Shown: piece after piece, positions 30,295-45,826 of the stretch
Numbering within the stretch: the stretch's first letter is position 1
How the letters are laid out: the number at the start of each line of letters is the position of its first letter
Origin: the human T2T-CHM13v2.0 reference genome, Homo sapiens
Direction: 5' to 3' (one strand)
Assembly: GCF_009914755.1 (NCBI RefSeq)
Contig: NC_060929.1
DNA length: 64,000 bases
Notes under the pieces: generated by a model
What the model saw: the letters and a program-made list of their open reading frames with translations, nothing else
Told to the model about the DNA's origin: nothing
Database searches by the model: none
Position numbers and translations under genes: made by a program

Positions 30295-32931
30295 CAGTTG
30301 ACCTTTGAATAACATGGGTTTGAACTGTGTAGGTCCAATTCTACCTGGAGTTTTTTCACTAAACATACCGGAAAAATTTTTGGAGATTTGGGACAATTTG
30401 GAAAAACTTGGACATAAAATACATAGCCTAGAAATATCAAAAACAATTTTAAAGTTAGGTATGTCATGAATGCATAAAATATATGTAGACACTATAATAG
30501 TGTATTTTATCATTGACTACCATAAAATATGCACAATTCTATTATAGAAAGTTAAACATTATCAAAACGTATGCACCCAAACACTTACAGACTGTACATG
30601 GCATCATTTGCAGTCAAGATAAATGTAAACAAATTTAAAGATTAAGTATTCAATCCCAATTGCATACAATTAACTGTAGTGTATACTGTACTACTGTAAT
30701 AAATTTGTAGCCACCTCCCATTACTATTGCAGTAAGCTCAAGTGTTTTCAGCATGCTCTAAAAGCCTCTTATGATGTTCATCACCTCAGAGTGAGCAATT
30801 TGTCTTTCCAGTAGATTGAGTATCACAGTAGAAAGTGATCTCCTGTAGTTCTCACGTATTTTTTATCCAGTTTAATGTGATACCATAAACTTTCCATAAT
30901 ATCGTGGGGCCAGTACAAAGCGCCACTAGTGATGCTTTCTTGTTATGCACTGTAGATTGAAATCTGCAGCTGTGGCTGCCCACTGTTTCGAGATAAATGA
31001 ATTCAGGGTAAGGACCATTGCAAAGAAAGAGAAGGAAATTTGTTAAGCCATTGCTGCAGCTATGTCAGCAAACACAAAAACCTTGCACTCTTTGTGAAAT
31101 GTCTTTTTATGTTGTATTGAAAATGCAGCTTTTATGTAGGTGCAGGAGTGCTGTAAGAAAAGCATAACTTTTCTTTGAGAAAAAGCAAAGTCATGCTAAA
31201 ATAAAGTAAAAAGGGTGTGAAGGATCTAAAGCTGGAGTATTTAATGCAGCCAAGGATAGTTTGATAATTTTAGAAAGAAGTGTGTCTTAGAAATGTCAAG
31301 GACACAGGAGACACAGCTTCTGTTGACCAAGAGATAGTACATGAGTTTCCATATGACATTAAAAAAAAATCGAGGAGAAAGGATGATATCTGCCTGAACA
31401 GGTTTGAATACAAACAGAAGTACCCTATTCTGAAAAACAGCCACCAAGGTCATTTATTAGTAAGGAAAAGAAGTGAACACAAGGATTTAAGGCAGGAAGA
31501 GGTAGGCTAACTACTGTTCTGTGAAAATGCAGTTGGGTTTATGATCATGGCTGTCTTTATCTATAAAGCTGCTAACCCTTAAGTCTTGAAGGGAAAAAAT
31601 AAACATTAGCTGCCAGTCTTTTAGTTATTTGGGCAATGAGAACTCTTTTTCTGGATTGGTTCCATTGATTCTTTGCCCCTGAAGTCAGCAAGTACCTTGC
31701 CAATAAAGGACTACCTTTTAAAGTTCTTTTGATATTGGATGATGCTCCTGCCCATGTAGAACCCTGTGAGTTCAACATTGAAGGTGTCAAAATAGTCTAC
31801 TTGTCCACAAACACGATGTCTCTAATTCAATCTCTAAATTAGGGGGATATAAGGACCTTTAAGGCGGTTACACATGGTGTCTATGGAAAGACTTGTCAAT
31901 GCTGTGGAGAAGAACTCTGGTAGAGAGAACCTGATGAAAATCATGAAAGTATGGAAGAATTACACCATTGAAGATGCCAGTGTTGTTATAAGAAAAAAAA
32001 AAAAAACCACCATGAAAGCCATTAAGCCTGAAACAATAAATTCCTGCTGAAGAGAACTGTGTCCAGATGTTGTGCATAACTTTACAGGATTTACAACAGA
32101 GCCAATCAAGGAAATCATCAAAGGGATTGTGGACATGGCAAAAAAAAAAAAAAAAGAAAGAAAGTGAAGGATGAGGGTTTTGAAATATGAATGTTGGAGA
32201 AACTCAAGTGCTAATAGACACTGCACCAGAGGAATTAATGGATGAAAACTTGATGGAGATGAGCGCTTCTAAGCCAGTGCCAGACTATGAAGAAAACAGA
32301 AGGAACAGTGCCAGAAAACAAATTGATGTTAGACAATCTGGCAGAAGGGTTCTGATTATTCAAGACTGCATTTGAGTTCTTTCATGATGGGGTGTTGAAA
32401 CTAAAGCAAACATTAGAAAATAACTAATACCATATAGAAACATTTTTAGAGAAATGAAAAACCAAAAATGTCAGACAGAAATTACAATGTGTTTCCATAA
32501 AGTGACACCAGGTATGCCTGCACCTCATTCCTCCCCTTCCATATCCTCTGCCTCTTCCACCTCTTCCAACTCTGCCACGTCTGACAGCAAACCAAGCCCT
32601 CCCCTTTCTCCTCCTCTTCAGCCTTCTCAATGTGAAGATGAGGATGAAAACCTTTACAATAGTTCAGTTCCACATAATAAATAATAAACATTTTTTTCTT
32701 CCTTATGATTTTTGATAACATTTTTATTTATCTTACTCTATTGTAAGAATACAGTGTATAACACATGTAACATAAAAAATTTGTTCATCAACTCTTTATA
32801 TTATCACTAAGGCTTCTGGGTCAGCAGTAGGCTATTAGTAATAAGTTTTGATGAGTTAACAGTTATATGTGGATTTTCGACTGTGTGGGAAGTCAACAAC
32901 CCTAACTCCCACATTGTACAAGGGTCGACTG
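30295..32931 (+). mobile_element. Near full-length Tigger2 (TcMar-pogo) DNA transposon
   Basis: TIRs cagttgacctttgaataa / ttgtacaagggtcgactg, TA TSD on both sides, 2637 bp; transposase remnants KVLLILDDAPAH (~31720-31756) and YLSTNTMSLIQSL (~31798). Confidence 0.92.
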
Positions 32932-34129
32932 TATGTGGATTGTAATCCAAACATAGCCTTACTTTTTTCTTCTCATTTTCTTAAACTTTATTCTTTGGAG
33001 TAAATACCTCCTGCAGATTGATAAAAATTTAGACAAACCTAAGATAGATCTGGTCATTTTTAAGTAATAAAATATCCTTTGTTCATAGGGAGTCATAAAA
33101 ATAAAATCTCAGTTTTGAAAATTAGATATATAGTCCTAGGTGACAGTGAAAATTTTGCAATATTTAGCTTTAAATCATCTTGTCTTAACTATGTGGGATT
33201 GGTTCAGACTGAAGCTACATTGGAAATAAAGCAAGATACCTTTACTTTCTTAATATAAATTTAAGATTGCCAAGCTCATCTTCTTCAGCATCGACTAGTG
33301 GCAAATTCAGACAGAACTATTTGTCAAATACTGTGGAAGAGGGAGAAGGAGTTTAGGTAGTTCTTGTCTGGTGTGTAGTTAGAGTTCTCTCAACATGGCA
33401 GATAGTTAAATGTTACTCTTGCTTTCCTGGGACATGTTCATGGGCATTTTAAAGATTACTATCTGGATTCCTCACTTTCAGGTTCTCTTGGCTTAATATG
33501 GGGCATCTGCATTTCGAGTCACTTTTTGTAGTCCTCCAGCAGTCTTGGCATTTAGTTGTCTACCTCCATCTCTGTCTGCTAAGGTCACTCCTCAGGCAGT
33601 TCTCTTAGACAAGATCCAAGATGATTCCACATTTGTGCTCTCTCATACAGGTCCCAGTGGGGATCTAAAGCAAAAACTTGGGGTTCCCTTATCTCTACAA
33701 ATGCTGAGATTGGAAGTAACTAAGGAGAGCAATCTAGCCTTCTTAGTGTCAGGCATCTCCCTACCAATTACGGAAAAACATTTCTAAAGTTCTCACCCTG
33801 GTATTTTTAAGTGATCCTCAAAAGGCTTGGGGGCTTAAAGATAATATAATTTGCCTGAATACATTAGTTTTTAAGCCAGCCACAAACAGGTGGAATTGTT
33901 GGGTCCTGGGGTGTGTACATTTTAAATTTTAACGGAATGCAGTAAATTTTTACCCTGCATGATTTTATTTGTGCTAACAACATTTAAAAGTGTCTCCAGA
34001 ATGGTAGAAAATACTTGAAAAATATTTCCACATTGTTTATTTATTTATATGTTTATTGAACTTTATCTTTTCCATTTTCATTTTGACAAGAAATCCTACA
34101 TCTTGCTCAAACAAATCTGACTTCAATAG

Positions 34130-34480
<351 letters not shown>

Positions 34481-37400
34481 AGGTATTTTCTTGTGAATAA
34501 ATAATTTTCTCTGTATATTTTGCATGACATGTTGCTCACTTTAAAATGTTTTTGTCAGGTTTTCGGTGATTTAAAAATAGCATTTTGATAATTGAGGCAA
34601 CTGGACATTATAACCACTCTATATACTTTTGTTACCTACTTTCATTCCTTTCTCTCTCTCTCTCTCGTTCTATCTTTCTCTCTTTCTTGTGGCCACTACG
34701 GTAAGCAAAATAAAATTTGGGAAAGTCACTTTATATTTTCCTTCCTGATGTATCAATGAATTTGAAAAACTTCAATTCTGATTTATTATAAGTGCTACTG
34801 TGTGTGAGAGCAAGTTTGAGAAAGAGAAAGTTTGCACTTGTGACAGAGAAAGAGGGAGAGAGAGATTAGAGAGTGGAAGGAAAATGAAATGCATTAGAAA
34901 AGTAATTGATTTATGACAAATGTAAATATATGTTTTACTATAGGAAAATACAACTCAGTTCTTTTTATTAGAGAAATTCTGTGGTAAGAAATGATCCATT
35001 TTATTAGAAAATGTTTTTTGGTATAATTTAGTTCTATTTGAGGAATGTACATTCAAAACCAGATCATTTCTTTATTGCTTTTCTCTCTAGCTTGTATTAA
35101 TGCCTTTAGAGATTTTTCTTAAAAACTCCTATGAACTTGCTGAGAGGAGGTCATTTGAGTGTCTTGTGTCCCATCTACCCTTAATATAACTGTAACAGAA
35201 TGTAAAAATCATGAAAAGAGTAATACACAATTAGTGAATGCAACAGAAACTCAGTTTCTTTTTTTTCTACTTTTTTTCTCTAACAAGCTTCAAGATCATT
35301 CTTTTCTATTACTATGTGATTTGCTCCCTAGTAGCTCCCAAATTACTTCCCCTCCTTTTTATCTTGTCATTTTTTCACTATTCAAAAATATATTTTGTAA
35401 TATTTAAACAAGGAAACCCTAGCAGGCATTATGCTGCCCTTTCTGCATTACTCTTTTTTCTTTCTTTGATCATCTGTTCCTTTCAGGTGCCATGGTTTGT
35501 TTAAAGAGGAGGCTGAACTAAAGTGTAGTCTTGTGTGTGAACAAACAAAGTAAATATAGGAGGCATAAATATAGAGCCAGTCCACAGAAAAATGAAGCAA
35601 GGGGGCAGAGTGCAACACTGCAAAAATGCAAAATGGCAAGATACAAGATCATAATTTCTTTAAGTTGGAAAATCTTTTGTGGGCAGTCATGTTTTATGTT
35701 GTAATCAGGTTTAATTGAGGAAATGGTTTTTAATTATGCTAAATATGTGATTTTTTTCATATTTCTTTCCCAAATGTGGATTGGAATAATTACAGAAAAA
35801 ATATACTCAACAGGAAGAAGTTTCTCATTCAGTTGATGTTTAAAAAATATTTTTCCAAATTTGTATTTTGACTTATTGACAATATAAAAACAAGACATAC
35901 TCTTCCTTCATATTATATGTATACATAAAATATTAAACACATATATTAATCAGAGTAAAAAATAAGAAACATTTTTATAACTGCATATATATAAAAAAAT
36001 TATAGGTATTATACATGTTTTCCCTTAAAAATATAGTCCAAATGCAGGAATGATATATTTCTCATTCATTTTCTAAAATGTGTTTCAGTTACCAATTGAT
36101 ACTGAATGTCCCTACTTTGTGTATATGCTTTTGTATGTATATAAAAACATATATGCATTACAGACATTTGAGTCAACAAAACAAATAAATCTAAGAAACC
36201 CTAAAATCTATTATAAGGATAAATATTGTTCTGATACCATTAAAGGCTTCCAAAGACTACACAATTATACTACAATAATTCTGGTGAATTTCACACCAGC
36301 TAAGTATGGCAAGCCCTAGGTAATGGCTTGCAAACAAGACAGTCATTCATTAAGCCTTTTACCCCCAGGGCTATTTATATTCGCTTTATGTTGCTAGGCT
36401 ATAGCCATGAGAAGAAGTGCTATTTTATTTTTATTTTTTTTTTATTTTTTATTTTTTTTTGCACAATAGTTGAGGTCTGTTTTACCAGTAGGGAAAAAAT
36501 CCATTTGATTTTTCCTTATAGTAAACTTTGATAGGGAAAAAATGTTCAGCTTTTAAAAGTTGCCCAGGTATTTATGTGCTTGGATAACCACAAAAGTACT
36601 TTTGTTTAAGATCTCCTGCATGACATGCAAATGGTCTTTATAAAGCAATGCTTGATTTGCCCTATTTTAAATTCGTGTGCCTTTTTTTTCAGTCACTGGA
36701 TAGGAACATGGAATCTGACATAATGAATCAGTCCATTGAGCCATCAAGTAGACTATTTTGCTTCTAATAATAGTCTATAAATGGGACTTTGGAGAAAAAT
36801 AAAATACATTGCCTACTGCAAATTTGGAAATATCTTACCCAATGTTTCTGATTCTGTCCCAAGTAGGCAATTCGCTGTGAACTCTAAGGTCAGAATAATG
36901 CAAAATTTTTACATTTCCTTTATCATGGAAGTACTTCAAGTGCATTTCTTATTTTCATCTAACAGCAGGTTATGTGATAGCTTAGGGATTTTATCTGTTA
37001 TTAGATTTTACATCTCTTATAAGTTATAAAAGTGTTGACAGTTTCCATATTGAATTTAATTCTATGTATTCTGTAGAAATCTACTTTCATTGTTTTTTAT
37101 TGTGACTGTTTTTTGGAAGTGTTTCTACGGCTCTAAACAGTTTCGGCTACTCTGTAGCAGTATTCATTTCAGTTCATCTTTTCTATGACTAAAAAGTTGG
37201 CTGCTACTTTAATGTAATGAAAGAAATTCTGCTTGTAAGAAAGCCTTAAAATATAGGTAGATAATTGAGGAATACATGTTTAGGGCAATCTCAATATATT
37301 TGCCTCCTACACAATGTTTATTTTAATTGCAAAAAAAACATTTTTTTCCTATTAAATACATTTTTATTTTAACAGCAAAAAATTTTATCAACCAAAAGTT

Positions 37401-37867
37401 GAAATTTTCCAAAACTTACACTAACATAGACTTAGGGTGCTCTTCACCAATCCCACATCATTGAGTTCAAGCAGCACTGAATTTAAATCCTGAAAAGAGT
37501 AGCAAAGTGAATTTATTTCTTATATTATAGTCACAAAATTTTTTTCACAGTATTTCATTTTTAGATCTACTTCAAAGAGTAACAGATGCTTACATGAGAT
37601 ATTTACATAAGAAACATTAGAGCTATATACTCAATCTAGATTTATAAACTATACACGATGTTTTCTTAATAATTTATAATGGTTTGAATGTAATGCATTT
37701 TATTCCTTCTCCTTCTTCATTCATGTACAGAAAATAATTCTCATGAAAAATTAATTTTTCTCACATAATTCTTGGAATTAAATAAATCCAGATTTTAAAA
37801 TCTATAAATTACCTTACACTACCATGCTCTGTTAATATCACGCTTAAGGTTTGGGGATCTGAGAAAA

Positions 37868-38620
37868 ATGTGTGTGTGGGTATATATGTGTGTGTGTGTG
37901 TGTATATATATATATGTATATGTATATTTATATATAAATGATATTTATATTTAACATGATGTATATCACAGATATATCATGATATAAATATTTATATTTA
38001 ACATGATATAATATACATCAAGATATATATCATATATATAATACAGATCTATATGGAGATGACATATAATAATATATATCATATTACCTATATTACATAT
38101 ATATTAGATAATATGTAATGAATATATAGATATGTATTTTATTTATATATAAATATATATTATATATATTTATCATGATATAAATATATATATGATATTG
38201 CATCTGCATCTGGTATTATGATATTGCACCTGCATCTGCACCAGGCCTCCCCTATAGGTAATAAGATATATTATATTACACATATACCTATATATAGGTA
38301 ATATGATATATATATATATGCCTATAAACCTATATATGATTTATTACATATATACCTATGTATGTAATATATATAATTATATGTGTAAAATGATATATAT
38401 TATATATATCATATATATACCTATATATGATTTATTACATATATACCTATATATTAGTAATATGACATATATAATTATATATGTAAAATGATATATATCA
38501 TATATATCATATATATACCTATATATGATTTATTACATATATACCTATATATTAGTAATATGATATATATATAATTATATTTATTTAACATGATATATAT
38601 GTATATATACACATCATATT
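37868..38620. repeat. (TG)n/(TA)n-rich low-complexity array with internal ~60-100 bp duplications
   Basis: tacctatatatgatttattacatatatacctat recurs (~38328, ~38418, ~38516). Confidence 0.92.
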
Positions 38621-38765
38621 ACCTTTGATAATTAGGTGGCACATTTATTGTGGTTTCTGTGGGAAGGGTAGGGCAAGTTAGGGCAAATAGGCTTAGAATT
38701 GGTTACTTATATCTGACAATGTCATGAAATTTATATTCATTACTCCTGTTAAAATGTATCATTTA

Positions 38766-38987
38766 GTCTGGACACGGTGGCTCATGCCTTTAATCCCAGC
38801 ACTTTGGGAGGCCGAAGTGGATGGATCACTTGAGCTCAGGAGTTCAAGACCAACCTAGGCAAAAAATAGAAAATTTAGCCAGAGGTGGTGGCACGTGCCT
38901 TTAGTCCCAGCTACTTGGGAGGCTGAGGTAGTAGGATTACATGGCACTGCACTCCAGTCTGTGTGACAGAGTGAGACACCATATCCA
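38766..38987 (+). mobile_element. AluJ with internal deletions, no tail
   Basis: Alu left and right arm motifs with missing segments. Confidence 0.88.
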
Positions 38988-39008
38988 GATGAGCCTCCCT
39001 GCAACCCC

Positions 39009-39364
39009 TGTATTTTTCTGTTCTCACCCTGCTTAAAGACATACCTGAGACTGGGTAATTTATAAAGAGAAAGAGGTGTACTGGACTCACAGCTCCACAA
39101 GGCTGTGGAGGCCTCACAATCATGGCAGAAGGCAAGAAGAAGCAAAGCCACATCTTACATGGCAGCAGGCAATAGGGCATGTGGAGGGGAACTCCCCTTT
39201 ATAAAACCATCAGATCTCAAGACTTATTCACTATTATGAGAACAGCACAGAAAAAACCCGCCCCCATTATTCAATTAACTCCCACCAGGTCCCTCACATG
39301 ACATGTGGGGATTATTATAATTCAAGGTGAGATTTGGGTGAGAACACAGAGCCAAACCATATCA
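39009..39364 (-). mobile_element. THE1 (C/D-type) solo LTR
   Basis: tgtatt...gagactgggtaatttataaag...ccaaaccatatca. Confidence 0.9.
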
Positions 39365-40419
39365 ATTCCTCAAAATATAATGTATAGTTTAAAACTACAT
39401 AAGTACGCTGGATAGCTCTAGGTCAGTCACAATTCCCTCAGGGGATGCTAATAGGCTCATAGGTTTATGTTATGCATCAATTTACAGAAAATAAAAATTT
39501 GGTTAATACAATGACTTACCCATCCTTAAACATCATTATTGTTCTAATGAATATGGATATAATTCACATATAAATATAAATGGAATTTATCATGCATTTT
39601 GAAATTTATTTGCTTCGTGAATTGTTACAAATACAGGTTCTTTATTATTTTTATTATTCACCATTTCTATCTGCTTTACAAAAATTTACATGCAAATTTC
39701 TGCCTTCCACTAAATGAAATGTAGAGTCTGCACTAGATAAATGGTGAAAACGTTTCAACATTTTCAAAAAATCTCCTATCTCATAAGATTTATTAGCAGA
39801 TTCTTCCTGGTTCCTGAGTGAACAGTGCCATCTTTTTTGATTCATAAATACATGGTCTCGACTTATTCTGCAGAGATGTTTAATTAATTTGATTCTTGAT
39901 ATATGACTTTTTAAAAGTCACATATAACTTTTATGTTTCTCATTAATATAAGAAACTTTGTATAAAAATCTCAGATTAAATTTAAAAAGAGCTAGAATAT
40001 ATTAACCTGTTTAGAACAGAAAGCCAAAGTTAAGTAATGACCAATAGGAAACACAGAGCATTTTTTTCCCTCTCTTTCTTATATACTATTCTATTACTTT
40101 TTAAATATTATTTGGAAATTTATTTAGATGGAAATATTCGGCATAGAAAGAAAACAAGGATGCAGTACCTTAGTTAACTAAGAAGGCAACTAATTCCATC
40201 ATTATTCACTTATTATAAGTATTCTCTACAGTGGATATAGATTAAATACAGGAGTATAGTCTGAAACTCTGTGGTGAGTTCTAGACTATATTATCTTGAC
40301 TAGTCACCCTTAAATCTTGAATCAAAGACTGTATTCAAAACTACGGTATTTAAATTTTAGCAATGCATATGTTTTGTGCCCTTATGCAAATTTTAAGCAG
40401 GTTGAATCTGATTAATCTA

Positions 40420-41140
<721 letters not shown>

Positions 41141-42621
41141 AGTTACTAAAATAGTTGGTGTGGGAGAAAAGAAAATCAGTACCTGATTTTTATGAGAGAT
41201 GCAGCTATTTGTCTGTTTATTGATTGGATGGAATAAGTCTATTAAAATGTTCTAGTAAAGGGGATTTTTTTTCGCCTTGCCTCAGATAAGTGCATGACAG
41301 CAATTCTAGGTGAGTGAGTCTCCTCTGCAGAGCTAAGCTTTTCCCATGAGTTGGGCTGCCCAAAATCCACACTGGCATGCTGATGGTGACAGTGGTGAGA
41401 TGAACAGAGCCAGAGCTCCATCTAATATTGCAGTCATGTTCTCCAACCGGTTTTACACAAAGACATTCTTTTCTGCTCTCAATTTTTCTGATTCCTTTAT
41501 TCAATTACTAATTTATTCTGTATCTAAATGAAAAAGAGAGAGACTATTTTTATCCCACAATGCCTTTTCTCCAAAGAGTTATTTTGAAGGTCATGAAGCA
41601 ATGCTAATAAGCTGAGTTGTAAGGTAATATTCCAGAATACTAGTATTATTAAAGCTGAAGATGATTGTAAAATGGCTATTTGAAAAATTTGGTTTGCAAA
41701 TAAACTATTGATGAGAGAGATAACAGAAAGTATGGAAATTTATGTTTGAGAAGACGATAACAATTACTCTGAGGAGAGATATTAAAGAAACAATTAGCAA
41801 TATTGGAAGAAAACTATATACATAATATAATATTACTATACACAAAAGAAGAGTTAAAATAAATGGTGCTGACCACATTCTCCTATTATGCAACAGTGTG
41901 TGAAATCCTTAGATTTAATCAGATTCAGAAGAGTCCATAAAGCTCCTAGAAATCCTAGAAAGCTATTAAATTTTGCCTCAAATTAAATGTTCGTTGCCCC
42001 ATCTAACTGTGAAGCTCTCTCTGTGATTAGTAGAAATTCTGTTTTGACTTTCAAAAACTTTATAATTCACTGTTTGTGAAGGATTACAAGAACTTGTATG
42101 CTCCATAGCAGCTGCTGGATTAACCATGCCATGTATAATTAATTCCACTACTATAACAGATAAAGCCTTTTAACAGACTATCAGAGTGGAGAGAAAATAA
42201 AAAATGGTTTCTAAGAATGTTCCAAACATGAAAGTGTTTGCCTTGATACCTATATATAGACTAAAAATAAATGAACATCCTTATATCCTAAGAGTTAGTT
42301 CAGGAAAGTATAGCTGCAGAGCTCATTCCTTACTGACCAAAGGCTTATGGAAGTATAGTCTTATGTCGTATGTACTAGCAGGAAAATTTTGGCAGTTGAA
42401 ACTGCTTACCACAAAGGTGTCTATGAAAAGTTCCAACGGAACATCATGAAGCAAATTTAATATTAAAAGTAATAATGCAGTTACGTGTTTTACACTGAAA
42501 AGTGTTCAATAAACAACCATGATTGACTTTGTTGTTTTTACTTACCAGAGGAGAAAGATGTTCATATGATCATTTTAAAAGTTACAGAGAAAGCACTGGA
42601 CAAATTAAAAACTCACTCACA

Positions 42622-42625
<4 letters not shown>

Positions 42626-42653
<28 letters not shown>
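42626..42653. repeat. (CTG)~9 trinucleotide repeat followed by degenerate CTA repeats
   Basis: Direct reading. Confidence 0.95.
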
Positions 42654-43174
42654 AGTACTGGTGCTACTACTACCTATACTACTGTTAGTGATAATAATAT
42701 AACTTCTCAAACAATGGAAATAGGAATAAAAACACTTTTTCAATCTTATGAGGTATATTTATCCATCAAAAAATTTTAACTAAAACCACAATGTAGAAAC
42801 ATTGAAACTTTTCATCTAAGATTGGAGACAAGGGAAGGTTACATCTTTAATATTCACATTCAATATCCAGGGCAATAAGACATTTATTTAAAAATAAACA
42901 TAAAGATTATAGAAGCAAAATCAAAAATTCCTTATTTGTAGACATCATAATGTGTACGTTGAAGAGTCTATCAATTATAAATAAAACTATACCTAATAAA
43001 TCTAACAAGATCACAAGATATACATTCAGTATCTAGAAATAAATGTTATTTCTATGTACTAGCTACAAACACTTTAAAAATACAATTAAAATGCATTTAG
43101 AGTAGCATTATAAACATTAAATATGTAAGAATAAATATAACAACATATATTAGACCTCTATAATGAAAATGTTT

Positions 43175-44100
43175 ATGAACAGACAACTTGCACAGTGGAA
43201 GAAAATATTTTTGAACTACACATCTAACCGTGGACTAATACACAGAATTTATAAGAAACAACTCAACAGCCACACAATAAAACAAAACAAATAACCCATT
43301 AAAAAGTGGGCAAAAGACCTGGATAGATATTTTTCAAAAGAAAATATGCAAAATCCAACAAGCCTGTCAAAAATGTTCAACATCAGAGAAATGCAAATTC
43401 AAACTGCAATGAGATATCATCTTACATGAGTCAGAATGCCTTTTGTTAAAAGTCAAAAAATAATAGATATTGGCAAGGATGAAGAGTAAAGACTACCTTA
43501 TACACTGTTGATAGAAATATAAGTCAGTACAACCTCTATGAAAACAGTATGGAGATTTTCAAAGAACCAAAAATAGAACTATCATTCAATTTAGGAATCC
43601 CACTACTGGGTATCTACCTAAACAAAAATACATTATTGTATAATAAAGATACTTGGCTTGTATATTTATCACAGCATTATTCGCAATAGTAAATATATGG
43701 AATCAATTTAAGTGGCCATCAATGGGTGATTGGATAGAGAAAATGTGGTGTATATACATAAAGATACTATCCACCCATAAAAAATAATGCAATCATATAT
43801 TTACAATAACATGGATGGAATTGGAAGTCACTATCTTAAGTGAAACAATTCAGAAACAGGAAGTCAAATGTTCTCACTTATCAATGGGAGCTAAATAATG
43901 TGTACACATGGACATAGATTGTGGAATAATAAACATTGGAGACTTAGAAGTCTGGGGGTGTGGAAGGGCAGTGGGTGATGAGAAATTACTCAATAGGTAC
44001 AATGTATAGTATCTGAGTGATAGATACACTAAACACCAAGACTACAACATTGTGTTTAAAAAAACTGCACATGTACTCCTACAATTTATAAAAATAAAAA
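43175..44100 (+). mobile_element. L1MA 3' fragment nested in older L1M
   Basis: ORF2 C-terminal and 3'UTR motifs (ttctcacttatcaatgggagctaaataatgtgtacacatggac) and an A-tail. Confidence 0.85.
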
Positions 44101-44238
44101 GGGGAAAAATTAAAAATGGTAAATAGTAGTGAAAGAAATTTTAAAATATTCAAAGAAATTAAGAAACATACCATTGGAAGACTCAACATTGTTCAAATAT
44201 TATTATTATTAAAATATCTGTTCTTACAAATGACCTTT

Positions 44239-44525
44239 TTTTGAGATGGAGTCTCTGTCGCCCAGACTGCTGTGTGCAGTGGCATGATCTTGCCTCACTG
44301 CAACCTCTGCCTCCCAGGTTCAAGTGATTCTCCTGCCTCAGCCTCCTGAGTAGCTGGAACTAGAGGCGCCCACCACCAACCTGGCTAATTATTGTGTTTT
44401 TAGTAGCGACGGGGTTTCACCATGTTGGACAGGCTGGTCTCAAACTCCTTACCTCAGGTCACCCTCCCGCCTTGACCTCCCAAAGTGCAGGGATCACAGT
44501 GTCATCCACGGTGCCCAGCCCCCAG
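44239..44525 (-). mobile_element. AluS
   Basis: Alu dimer; TSD atgaccttt at 44230-44238 and 44526-44534. Confidence 0.93.
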
Positions 44526-45120
44526 ATGACCTTTATATGCAACACGATTCCAATGAAAATTCAAGCAGTTTTTAAATGAAATTTATGAGATAATTTTATA
44601 ACTAATATGACAATGCAAAGAGGTAGGATTGTAAAAAAGAAAAACATCTTTAACAAGAAAAAAATATGGAAGAAAAGAACTACCTTGCTAAAGATTTAAT
44701 ACAAATATCCAAAAACCAACTTAATGGTCTTGACATAAGAATAAGCAAATAGAATAATGGAGTGGAAGAGTCTAGATAAACTGATGCGTATACAGAAAAT
44801 CAAATTACAACAAATGTTCCAAGTCAACTTAACGTTTAAAGACTTAAAACAAATAACGAGAGAAGAACTTGATAACCATATAGATTAAAAAAATACGCTA
44901 AAACCTTACCTTGCATTACACAGATATTAGTTCACTAGGAATCATAAACCTGAACATATAAGGTGAAACCATAATTATTTTAGAGAAAAATACAAAACAA
45001 TGTATTTATTTTCTTTGGATAGTCAAAGATTTCATTAATCAGGCACAGAATTGTCTGCTATCAAATAAGAAGAGATATAATTTAAATTTTCAAAATTTAT
45101 AATATCAGCTCGTCAGAGAA

Positions 45121-45256
45121 TTTTTTTTCTTTTTTTTAATAGAGACAAGGTCTCACTATGTTGGCCAAGCTAGTGTTGAACTCCCAAGATGAAGCGATCC
45201 TCCTGCCTTGGCCTCACAGGGTGCTAGGATTACAGGGATGAGCCACCACACTCAGT
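45121..45256 (-). mobile_element. Alu monomer (FLAM/AluJ left arm)
   Basis: Single Alu arm with a T-tail. Confidence 0.85.
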
Positions 45257-45420
45257 TAACCGACTAATTAATAGGCAAATGACAGAGCATGAAATATTTG
45301 TATAGATATATCTGTCCATGTATTCATACTGGTACTATATAAAGAACAATTACAAATTTTCAATAAAAAGACCACTGAATAAAAGGGACAAAGTACTACA
45401 GAGACAACTCATAAAGGACA

Positions 45421-45826
45421 TGATATAGTTTGGATATTTGTCCTCACCCAGATCTGATGCTGAATTGTAATTTTCAATGCTAGAGGTGGGGCTTGGTGGA
45501 AGGTGTTTGGGTAATGGAATCAGATCCCTCATTGCTTGGTGCTGTCTTTGTGATAGTGAGTCCCTGCAAGATCTAATCATTTAAAAGTGTGTAGTACCTT
45601 TCCCCCCACTCTCTTTCTCTCTTGCTCCTGCTCTGGCCATGTGACACACCTGCTCGTCCTTCATCTTCTGCCGTGAGTAAAAGCTTCATGTGCCCTCCCT
45701 AGAAGCAGATTTTGGCACTATGCTTCCTGTACAGCCTGCAGAACGATGACCCAATTAAACCCCTTTTCTTATAAATTACCCAGTCTCAGTTACGGCTTTA
45801 TAGCAATGAAAGAACAATCTAATATA
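45421..45826 (+). mobile_element. MSTB-type MaLR solo LTR
   Basis: tgatatagtttggatatttgtcc...ctaatata; perfect 5-bp TSD ggaca. Confidence 0.92.

Noticed and set aside
36280-36332. Small hairpins (ctggtg/caccag; gcaagcc/ggcttgc) suggesting an ncRNA or conserved element
   Set aside because: 6-7 bp stems are expected by chance; conservation cannot be assessed from sequence alone.
42626-42653. Disease-type CTG/CAG expansion
   Set aside because: Only ~9 units, inside an old L1, with no coding context.
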